Program-made: the position numbers and the translations under genes
Notes under the pieces: model-generated
Databases searched by the model: none
Seen by the model: only the letters and a program-made list of their open reading frames with translations
What the model was told of the DNA's origin: nothing
Shown: positions 56,552 to 64,000 of the stretch, piece after piece
Layout: every line of letters begins with the position of its first letter
How positions within the stretch are numbered: position 1 is the stretch's first letter
Origin: Candidatus Nanosyncoccus sp.
GTDB lineage: Bacteria > Patescibacteriota > Saccharimonadia > Saccharimonadales > Saccharimonadaceae
Direction: 5' to 3'
DNA length: 64,000 bases
Assembly: GCA_045630905.1 (NCBI GenBank)
Contig: JAZQTT010000013.1
Location: 2,192 to 66,191, forward strand

Positions 56552-56878
56552 ATGGCAGAAGCTAAAAAAGACGAAGGCTTAAAGATTCGTATCCGCCTAA
56601 AGGCCTATGATCACCGTGTAATTGATCAAAGCGCAAGACAAATCGTAGATACAGCAATTAGAACTGGCGCAAGCGTCAGTGGGCCAATTCCACTACCTAC
56701 TAAAAGAACTTCTTTTGCGGTAGTTAAATCCCCACACGTTTATAAGACCGGTGGTGAAGCATTTGAAATGAAAGTTCATAAGCGCTTAATTGATATCGCT
56801 AATGCAACTCCAAAAACAATTGAAAGTTTACAGAATCTTTCACTCCCAGCTGGGGTAGACGCAGAAATTAAAATGTAA
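56552..56878 (+). CDS. rpsJ: 30S ribosomal protein S10
   Basis: [39 protein letters not shown]. Confidence 0.99.
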   Translation: MAEAKKDEGLKIRIRLKAYDHRVIDQSARQIVDTAIRTGASVSGPIPLPTKRTSFAVVKSPHVYKTGGEAFEMKVHKRLIDIANATPKTIESLQNLSLPAGVDAEIKM

Positions 56879-56886
56879 AAATCGTC

Positions 56887-56912
56887 AAAACCCGCCGCCC
56901 GGCGGGTTTTTT
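56887..56912 (+). terminator. Intrinsic terminator after rpsJ
   Basis: AAAACCCGCC-gccc-GGCGGGTTTT TT. Confidence 0.88.
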
Positions 56913-56949
56913 CGAGGATTTTGTAGACTTGTGATATAATGGTTTTTGT

Positions 56950-58218
56950 ATGAGTGTCGCTAAATTTAAGAAGCGTTTTTATTTCGCCGTTGCAAAGTAC
57001 TTCAGGCATTTTGCAAACCGGGCTTTTAAGAGGTGGAGCCCACGCGTAATTGCTATTACTGGTTCTGCTGGTAAGACCACAATGATGACAATGCTTGAAC
57101 ATGAAATGGGAGATAAGGCACATTTCTCACATGATGCTAACTCGGCATTTGGTATACCTTTTGATATGCTTGGCTTAAAGGGTATAAGAGGATCTAAACT
57201 ACGTTGGATTTGGCTGTTAATCGCAGCACCTTTTAGAGGTTGGTTTTTCAGAAGAAAACAGAAGTTTTACGTAGTAGAAATTGATGGCGAGCGACCACAT
57301 GAGGCAGAATTCTTAGCGGAATGGTTAAAACCAGAAGTAACTATTTGGGTATCAATTGGTCTTTCACACGTAGTTCAATTTGAAAAAGAAGTAGAAAATG
57401 GGAATTTTAAAAACGTAGGTGAGGCGATTACGGCAGAATTTGCGAATTTACCAGAAAACACCTCAAAACGGGTTTATATTGATGCGGATTCAAAGATAAT
57501 GGTTGAAGCTACTAAGGGTATCTCAGCGAAGGTAGTAGCAATCAAGAAAACAGAAGTGAAGAAATATGTAGTTTACCCAGATTCAACTGATTTTACCTAT
57601 GGAGATACTACTTTTCACTTTAATCATCCAGAGCCAAGAGATATTGCCTTTAATCTGTTAGTGCTGAAAGATTTAATGAAATATCTGAAATTAAAGTTTA
57701 ACCCGGACTTTACCGAGATGAAGATTGCGCCTGGGCGTAGCTCATATTTTAAGGGTATTAAAGGGATTGATATAGTAGATAGTAGCTATAATGCACATAT
57801 GATTTCTATGACCTCGGTACTTGATATGACAAAAAGGATGCATGCGGATCATAAATGGTTAGTCATTGGCGATATTGTAGATCAGGGGTCGCTTGAAGAG
57901 GAAGAGCACAAGAAACTAGCAAAGATGATTGCCGAAGTGAAGCCAGAGAAAGTTATTCTGGTGGGCCGGAGAACTAAAAAATATACTGCGCCAATGCTAA
58001 AAGACCTTGGAGTTTCTGCAGTAGCCACTACAGACCCTAAAAAGGCGCTTGAATATCTTGAAAAGCGAATCACCGGTAAGGAAACCCTGATTTTTAAGGG
58101 TAGCCAATATCTTGAGTGGATTATTGAAAAACTGCTAGCAGATCCAAAAGACGCAAAAAAACTCTGTAGAAGAGAGAAAGCGGCGGTAAATCGCCGGAAA
58201 AGTTGGGGGCTAGATTAA
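56950..58218 (+). CDS. murF: Mur ligase, MurF-like
   Basis: VIAITGSAGKTT, VVEI, PGRSS, IVDSSYNA, WLVIGDI, LIFKGSQ. Confidence 0.75.
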   Translation: MSVAKFKKRFYFAVAKYFRHFANRAFKRWSPRVIAITGSAGKTTMMTMLEHEMGDKAHFSHDANSAFGIPFDMLGLKGIRGSKLRWIWLLIAAPFRGWFFRRKQKFYVVEIDGERPHEAEFLAEWLKPEVTIWVSIGLSHVVQFEKEVENGNFKNVGEAITAEFANLPENTSKRVYIDADSKIMVEATKGISAKVVAIKKTEVKKYVVYPDSTDFTYGDTTFHFNHPEPRDIAFNLLVLKDLMKYLKLKFNPDFTEMKIAPGRSSYFKGIKGIDIVDSSYNAHMISMTSVLDMTKRMHADHKWLVIGDIVDQGSLEEEEHKKLAKMIAEVKPEKVILVGRRTKKYTAPMLKDLGVSAVATTDPKKALEYLEKRITGKETLIFKGSQYLEWIIEKLLADPKDAKKLCRREKAAVNRRKSWGLD

Positions 58219-58233
58219 TGGAAGGAGGGATAA

Positions 58234-58914
58234 ATGGCTGATCTCTATATAATTCATGGTTGGACTTATACAGTGGAACCTTGGAAAAAAACTCTAGAAA
58301 TCTTGAGAAAGAATGGGCTAAGTGTTAAGATGCTACACGTCCCTGGATTAACCGAAGAATCCGATAAAGTTTTTACAATACATGATTATATGAAATGGGC
58401 AGACCAGAATATCCCGGATGGCGCAGTAGCACTCGGTCATTCTAATGGTGGCAGGATTTTACTTAATCTCTGCTCAGAAAAACCTGGAAAGTTAAAACAC
58501 TTAATCTTGTTAGATTCGGCAGGTATAGATGAACCGTCATTAAGAAAGAAAATTGTAGAAAAAGTTGCAAAAATAGGAAAGCCCCTAAAGAAAATACCAA
58601 TTATTGATAAGGTTTTTCATAAGATAACTGGTTCAACTGATTATTCAAAAGCTCCTGACAACATGAAGGAGACTCTGACTAACATGCTTGAATCAGATAA
58701 AGAGTTGAAACTTGAAAATGTTCATACGCCTACTTTTATTCTCTGGGGAAAGAAGGATACTATTACCCCACCAAGACAGGCTACGGCTTTATATGAGAAA
58801 TTACCGAATGCAGAGCTTAAATTTTACGCAAATTGGACGCATGCCCCTTATATTTCAAACCCTGATGAATTAGCGCGAGCATTAATGACACTTGTCAAAA
58901 GGATCAAAAAGTGA
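58234..58914 (+). CDS. Alpha/beta hydrolase
   Basis: IHGW, nucleophile elbow GHSNGG, ILWGKKD, HAPY. Confidence 0.9.
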   Translation: MADLYIIHGWTYTVEPWKKTLEILRKNGLSVKMLHVPGLTEESDKVFTIHDYMKWADQNIPDGAVALGHSNGGRILLNLCSEKPGKLKHLILLDSAGIDEPSLRKKIVEKVAKIGKPLKKIPIIDKVFHKITGSTDYSKAPDNMKETLTNMLESDKELKLENVHTPTFILWGKKDTITPPRQATALYEKLPNAELKFYANWTHAPYISNPDELARALMTLVKRIKK

Positions 58915-60047
58915 GGCATTTCTTCCTAGGAACAGCGGCGGGCTACGACAAAAAACAGCGTATAAACCAGCGAAGAACAAAGGGGACAGAAGAAGACATA
59001 AAGAAGCTGGCTGACTTTTTATTGCAAGAATATGACGGAAAACAGACAATTGTGACCAAAAATGGCCGTTCAGCGATCTCGGCGGGGTTAAAATACTATC
59101 ATGACTCTCTAGGTTTACCAACTGAAAAGAAAAAAGTGATAATTAATGGTTTTACCTGTTTTGCGGTGGTGCAAGGTGTTAAGGGGGCCAAAATGGAGCC
59201 GGTATTCGCAGATATTGATCTAAAAACCCTAAATTTCACTCCTGAAACCTTAGAAAAGGTAGTAACAGATGATACTTGGGCAATTATTGTACAAAATACC
59301 CTGGGAAATATGATGGAGATTAAAGAAATAGAGAAATTTGCCAAAAAACATGATTTGGTGATTATTGAGGACCTAGCTCATTCGGTTGGTAGATTTTACC
59401 CTGATGGAAGAGAAGCCGGAATGGTGGGTGACGTGGTAGCTTTTTCCTTTGGTAAAGAGAAGGTGATTGATACAATTAACGGGGGAGCAGTAGTATTTAG
59501 ACAAGATATTAAAGAAGAACCTGTGAAGCCATCTAAGGCGCCAGCTAGACGAGATATCTTCAGGGCGCGCTTATACCCTACTTTTGGCATGATTTACCGT
59601 AAATTGTCTTATATAGGCTTACACGGGGTATTTATGCGCTGTCTGGTGAAGATTGGTTGGGTGCGCCGTTCTGCAGATGACAATGTGGATTATACAGAGG
59701 TAGGACTGATTCCTTTTCAGGCAAAACTAGCCTTAGAACAACTTAAAAATCGTGAAAAAACAGGGGAAAAGCCGATCCGGGAATACTATTTAGTCGATAA
59801 CAGAGGCGAAGTATTGAAAAAGTTAGAGAAAAAAGGTTATTATTTCTATGGTTTTTGGTATGAAAAACCAATTTCACCAGAGAGATACTATAAAAAAGTG
59901 CATTTCCCAGAGGAAAAATGCCCGAATGCGGTTTATATCGCCAAGCATATTATTAATTTTCCAGCCTACTATACTAAAGCGGAGCTAGATCCGGCTAGAC
60001 AAATGATCCAGAACAACTTGGTGGAGGAGAAAAATGGAGAAAAATAA
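58911..60047 (+). CDS. DegT/DnrJ/EryC1/StrS-family PLP aminotransferase
   Basis: NGRSAI, FTCFAV, PVFADID, IIEDLAHS, FSFGKEKVI, GGAV. Confidence 0.82.
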   Translation: MRHFFLGTAAGYDKKQRINQRRTKGTEEDIKKLADFLLQEYDGKQTIVTKNGRSAISAGLKYYHDSLGLPTEKKKVIINGFTCFAVVQGVKGAKMEPVFADIDLKTLNFTPETLEKVVTDDTWAIIVQNTLGNMMEIKEIEKFAKKHDLVIIEDLAHSVGRFYPDGREAGMVGDVVAFSFGKEKVIDTINGGAVVFRQDIKEEPVKPSKAPARRDIFRARLYPTFGMIYRKLSYIGLHGVFMRCLVKIGWVRRSADDNVDYTEVGLIPFQAKLALEQLKNREKTGEKPIREYYLVDNRGEVLKKLEKKGYYFYGFWYEKPISPERYYKKVHFPEEKCPNAVYIAKHIINFPAYYTKAELDPARQMIQNNLVEEKNGEK

Positions 60048-61080
60048 GGAAGAGAAAAACCAATTTACAGAGAAAAAATGGCTAGAAATCTGTAAAAAGT
60101 TCCCTGAGGCAAACTTTTTACAATCGCCGTCTTATCAGGCAATGAACGAAGAGATTGGGTTTAAGACTATTGTAGAAGATTTCGAAGGAAAAGGCCATGC
60201 CCTAATGATTATAAGAGACGCGCGGCGTGGACGCTATCTCGAAATTCCTTGTGGCCCTTTAATTGATTGGAAAGATAAAAAACTTGTTAAAAAAGTGATT
60301 GATAAAATTTCCGAGATAGCGAGGAAAGAAAAATGTGTTTTTGTAAGGATTCGTCCACAACTTTATGCTACAGAGGAAAATTTGAAGATTTTGGGCAACT
60401 TAGGGCTCCGTAAGTCACCAATGCATCTAGCGGCGGAACATACAGTAATGATTGATTTAACCAAAACGGAAGAAGAATTGATGGCTAATATGCGCCGTCA
60501 GACACGTTATGAGGTTAGGCGAGCAAATAAACTTGGTATTAAGGTGACTACGGATCGCTCAGAAGAAATCTTTAATGAATTTCATCAAATTCAGTTAGAG
60601 ACGGCCAAAAGGCAAAACTTTATTCCACCAGATTTAGCCACGCTAAATGCCGAAAAAAATGCCTTTAAGGATAATATCCAGATCTATACCGCTAAGATCT
60701 CAGAAAGTGCCCTAGAAGAGTCATCAGAAAAAACTGGAGAGAAAACCTTAGCTTATGGGTTGATTATAAAAGACGGAAGAGAAGGAGATTATTACGAGGC
60801 TGCCTCAACTGATTTAAATCGTAAACTTCCTGGTGCTTATGCCTTAATTTGGCAAGCAATGAAAGACTTAAAGGCAGAAGGATATGAAAGATTTAATCTC
60901 TGGGGAATTGCGCCAAAAAACCAACCTAATCATCGTTATGCAGGGGTCACAACCTTTAAGACTGGGTTTGGTGGGGAAATAGTTGAGTATGTGCCGGCAC
61001 ACGATATCATAATTTCTAAAACTGGGTATCTAAAAGACCTGATAGTAGAAAAGGCAAGAAAGAAGAGGAGACACTTATGA
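60034..61080 (+). CDS. FemABX-family aminoacyl-tRNA-dependent peptidyltransferase
   Basis: FLQS, GPLIDW, RQTRYEVRRA, YEAAS, FNLWGI, GVTTFKTGFGG. Confidence 0.9.
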   Translation: MEKNKEEKNQFTEKKWLEICKKFPEANFLQSPSYQAMNEEIGFKTIVEDFEGKGHALMIIRDARRGRYLEIPCGPLIDWKDKKLVKKVIDKISEIARKEKCVFVRIRPQLYATEENLKILGNLGLRKSPMHLAAEHTVMIDLTKTEEELMANMRRQTRYEVRRANKLGIKVTTDRSEEIFNEFHQIQLETAKRQNFIPPDLATLNAEKNAFKDNIQIYTAKISESALEESSEKTGEKTLAYGLIIKDGREGDYYEAASTDLNRKLPGAYALIWQAMKDLKAEGYERFNLWGIAPKNQPNHRYAGVTTFKTGFGGEIVEYVPAHDIIISKTGYLKDLIVEKARKKRRHL

Positions 61081-62099
61081 GTTTTATAATTGAGGATGCT
61101 AAAGATAGGAAAGAGTGGGATAAGTTTGTTATTTCTCATGCAGAATCTAACTTCTTGCAATCTTGGGATTTCTATGAGTTTCATGAATCACGTGGAAAAA
61201 AAGTTGTAAGAAGAATTTTAAAGGATGAGAAAAAAATACTCGCAGCCTACGCCGGAGTAGTGGAAACCGCTAAGAGGGGAACTTATCTTGCTATAGCAGG
61301 CGGGCCGATTTTAGATTTTCAGGATAAAAAAGTTGTAAAAGCCGTATTTAATGATGTTAGGGATATGGGAGTAAAGGAAAAGTGTACTTTTGTGAGAGTT
61401 AGACCTCAGCTAGAATTATCAGACAAATCTCTAAAACTCATGAAAGAGCTTGGCCTAAAAAAAGCGCCAATGTATCTGTCCGTAGAATACGCTGGGATAT
61501 TAGATTTAAAAAAGAGCGAGGAAGAGATTTTAGCCGGGGCATCACAGGGCTTTAGAAGAAAACTACGTAAAGCGACTAAACTTGATATTGAAATCACGGC
61601 AGATACGGATGATACTGCAATTAAGGAATTTTGCAAACTAGAACAGAAACATGCCGAAAGACAAAAGTACGTAGCATTTTCGTCTAGCTTTTTAACTAAA
61701 CAATACGAGGCATTTCGTAAAAATGATGAAGTAATAATTTATACTGCAAAGCTAGATGGCAAGATTTTGGCACAGAATTTTATGATTTTTTACGGGCCGG
61801 AAGCGAGTTATCATTACGGAGTTTCTTCTGAGCTTGGTACAAAATATTCAGCAGCGCCACTTTTGCATTTAAAGGCAATGGAAGAGGCTAGAAAAAGAGG
61901 TTGTGAAAGATATAATCTTTGGGGGATTGTTGGTTTAGATGAAAAAACCCACCGGTTCTATGGGGTTTCAGAATTTAAACGGTCATTTGGCTGTGAAGAA
62001 TTAAAATATACTCCAGCCCACGACTTAGTATTGAACCCAGCAAAATATCAGATCACAAAACTTGTTGAAACAGCTAGAAAAAAGATTCGTCACGTATAA
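61077..62099 (+). CDS. FemABX-family aminoacyl-tRNA-dependent peptidyltransferase (second paralogue)
   Basis: NFLQSW, GGPILD, RRKLRKA, YHYGVS, YNLWGI, GVSEFKRSFG. Confidence 0.9.
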   Translation: MSFIIEDAKDRKEWDKFVISHAESNFLQSWDFYEFHESRGKKVVRRILKDEKKILAAYAGVVETAKRGTYLAIAGGPILDFQDKKVVKAVFNDVRDMGVKEKCTFVRVRPQLELSDKSLKLMKELGLKKAPMYLSVEYAGILDLKKSEEEILAGASQGFRRKLRKATKLDIEITADTDDTAIKEFCKLEQKHAERQKYVAFSSSFLTKQYEAFRKNDEVIIYTAKLDGKILAQNFMIFYGPEASYHYGVSSELGTKYSAAPLLHLKAMEEARKRGCERYNLWGIVGLDEKTHRFYGVSEFKRSFGCEELKYTPAHDLVLNPAKYQITKLVETARKKIRHV

Positions 62100-62157
62100 A
62101 AAAGTTTTGACCATGGCATATCGTGTGCTATAATAAGCATAAGTAAAAAGGATTATT

Positions 62158-62781
62158 ATGGCACATATAAATCGAAGATATATTGATAAACATTGGTTAG
62201 TATTTATCATCCGTGGGGCGATGGCGGCAATTTTTGGTTGCTTGGCTCTATTTGGTAGTATTTACGATATACCCAATATTATAGCAGTGATGAGCGTTTT
62301 CTTATTAATCATGGGGGTTGTTGATGCAGTGGGGGCACTTTACAGCTCTACTAAGAAACATGGCTGGGTTAATTCAGTAATAGACGCTTTAATAGACATT
62401 GTGGCGGCAGTTGCTCTATTATTCTTTGCGCACAATGATATTATCTTCGGTTTAATCGTGATTTCGGTTTACACTATTGTCTCTGGGTTAATTGATATCT
62501 TCCATGGATTCTTATCAACAGTTGACCCAACTGATCGTTTTATTAGAATCTTAGCTGGTATTTCTGGCTGTATTATTGGCCTAGTCATCCTTAACGCTGG
62601 TGGGTTTGAAATCTCAACCTTCATCCGATTCTTCGGCGCATATATGGTAATAGTTGGTGTTACAAGTTTGATCTATGGCGTACATAATCGCTCTCAAAAT
62701 ATTGAGGATAAAACTGCAAGAAGCCAGGATCACAAGAAAAAGAAAACTGCCAAGAAAAAGACTACAAAACGAAAACGTTAA
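62158..62781 (+). CDS. HdeD/DUF308-family membrane protein
   Basis: W...IIRGAMAAIFG pattern, six hydrophobic segments, basic tail. Confidence 0.75.
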   Translation: MAHINRRYIDKHWLVFIIRGAMAAIFGCLALFGSIYDIPNIIAVMSVFLLIMGVVDAVGALYSSTKKHGWVNSVIDALIDIVAAVALLFFAHNDIIFGLIVISVYTIVSGLIDIFHGFLSTVDPTDRFIRILAGISGCIIGLVILNAGGFEISTFIRFFGAYMVIVGVTSLIYGVHNRSQNIEDKTARSQDHKKKKTAKKKTTKRKR

Positions 62782-62820
62782 TACTCTTCTAAAAAAATAT
62801 TTGTGTGTTATAATTAGCTC

Positions 62821-63690
62821 ATGAAAGCTATTATTACAGATGCGGGTTTTGCTAGCCGCTATTTACCTATCACTAAAACAATACCAAAGGCGATGATCCC
62901 AATTGGAGCAAAGCCAGTAATGCAATTATGCGTTGAAGAATGCGTAGAGGCAGGAATTGACGAAATCATAATTGTAGCTACACCTAACACAAAATCAAAA
63001 GAAATCTATGAGGATTATTTCCATAATCCATCAGAAAATGTTAAAACTTTACTAGAAAAACAAGGAAAATTGGACAGGTTTGAGCCAGTTGAGAAGGTTT
63101 TAAATTTTCCAAAAATTACGGTAATTGAACAAGATCCAAACCTACCATACGGGAATGGTTCACCGATTGTTTCGGCTAAAGATTTTGTAAAGGACGACGA
63201 AGCATTTGTAGTACTTTATAGTGATGATTTGATCTTAGGCCAGGGCGATGTAAAGACTCTAGTTGAAGAATATAAGAACAATCCAGAGGCCAAAGCAATA
63301 ATTGCAGCACAAGAAATGCCAGAGGCGGTTTGGAATAAATATGGAATGATTGCTTTAAAAGATAATGGTACGCTTTCTCATATTGTTGAAAAACCAAAAA
63401 CTCCAGATCTTAGCCCAAGTAATTTAACCAGCTATGGACGTTACCTATTAACGCCAGAAGTATTTGATTATCTAATTCCTTCAAATACTGGTCTTGATGG
63501 AGAGCTCTGGACAGTAGACGCAATTACTAAACTTGCCGAACATGGCGATGTATTAGTGGCTCACAGCAGGGGTAAGTGGATTACTACGGGTGATCCAAAG
63601 AATTACTTCATGGCTCATCTTGAATATGTATTAAGTGAAACTGATTATGCTGATGAAATCCGTGCTATAATTAATTCAAAGGAGAATTAA
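62821..63690 (+). CDS. Sugar-phosphate nucleotidyltransferase (GalU-like)
   Basis: KAII..AGFASRYLPITKTIPKAMIPI, YGNG, VEKP, GRYLLTP, WITTGD. Confidence 0.88.
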   Translation: MKAIITDAGFASRYLPITKTIPKAMIPIGAKPVMQLCVEECVEAGIDEIIIVATPNTKSKEIYEDYFHNPSENVKTLLEKQGKLDRFEPVEKVLNFPKITVIEQDPNLPYGNGSPIVSAKDFVKDDEAFVVLYSDDLILGQGDVKTLVEEYKNNPEAKAIIAAQEMPEAVWNKYGMIALKDNGTLSHIVEKPKTPDLSPSNLTSYGRYLLTPEVFDYLIPSNTGLDGELWTVDAITKLAEHGDVLVAHSRGKWITTGDPKNYFMAHLEYVLSETDYADEIRAIINSKEN

Positions 63691-63692
63691 AA

Positions 63693-63977
63693 ATGAATAC
63701 AGCAGAATGGATATTAGTAGCAATCTTAAGTGTTACACTGTTCATTTTCCTCATTGTAGGAATTATATTGGTCATTAAATTAATTAGTCTCAGTAAAGAA
63801 GTTAAGAAAGTGGTTGTAGAAGGCCAGGATATTGCTAAAAACACGAATGGCATTGTTTCTAATGTTAAAGGAATGACGGCGATCGGCGGTACGATGGAAA
63901 TGTTCGTTGATAAGTATATCAATCCAAAACTTAAAGAAAAAATGAAAGATGCCAAAAAGGAGGAGGAAAAGAAATGA
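63693..63977 (+). CDS. Small membrane-anchored coiled-coil protein (DUF948-like)
   Basis: N-terminal TM then amphipathic helix. Confidence 0.6.
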   Translation: MNTAEWILVAILSVTLFIFLIVGIILVIKLISLSKEVKKVVVEGQDIAKNTNGIVSNVKGMTAIGGTMEMFVDKYINPKLKEKMKDAKKEEEKK

Positions 63978-64000
63978 CGGCACAGAAAAAAGGTGGGGCA
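63974..64000 (+). CDS. Start of the next gene (partial)
   Basis: AGGAGG SD then ATG ACG GCA CAG AAA AAA GGT overlapping the previous stop (ATGA). Confidence 0.5.

Noticed and set aside
346-63983. Numerous 60-160 aa ORFs nested in or antisense to confident genes (e.g. 5058-5507, 18967-19386, 28844-29335, 55572-55952)
   Set aside because: Shadow frames of well-supported genes, without SD, promoter or family motifs.
1-64000. CRISPR array, cas genes, transposases, reverse transcriptase or DGR
   Set aside because: No regularly spaced repeats with unique spacers and no recognisable catalytic motifs in any ORF; the tandem repeats found are coding linkers.

Overview
AT-rich chromosomal segment, most likely from a Patescibacteria/CPR genome (Candidatus Saccharibacteria, probably a gut/rumen lineage; inferred from gene repertoire and the compact AlaRS and UvrC, no marker analysis done). 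Genetic code 11. Most of the window is housekeeping: alaS end, FtsA-like/RluB-like/two-component unit, a RuvX-MltG fusion, LysM-CHAP, obgE, trmD, recG, rsmD, tRNA-Leu(UAG), tig, rpsL-rpsG, gap-rpiB-rpe-pfkB-LOG, eno, uvrC/secG/SBP/uvrB, split phosphoketolase, PBP1A, murJ, gatC-gatA-orf-gatB, fusA, tuf, rpsJ, a Mur ligase-hydrolase-aminotransferase-FemABX x2 cluster and a GalU-like gene. Many core genes look leaderless (TGnTATAAT 6-9 nt before the start codon). The most unusual part is the ~6 kb interval between fusA and an inverted tuf, made of stand-alone promoter-SD-gene-terminator modules. It contains a ~420-nt multi-helix non-coding RNA gene (52149->51731) with a near-consensus promoter and its own terminator, which I cannot assign to any RNA class I know, and a convergent ~280-nt structured element with mutually exclusive pairings. 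Also notable: a third stand-alone sRNA gene (~12213-12367), a GC-rich palindromic element in frame inside gatA, a 163-bp hairpin at the rpsG breakpoint, and a sigma-region-4 orphan protein. No CRISPR array, transposase, integrase or reverse transcriptase was recognised.
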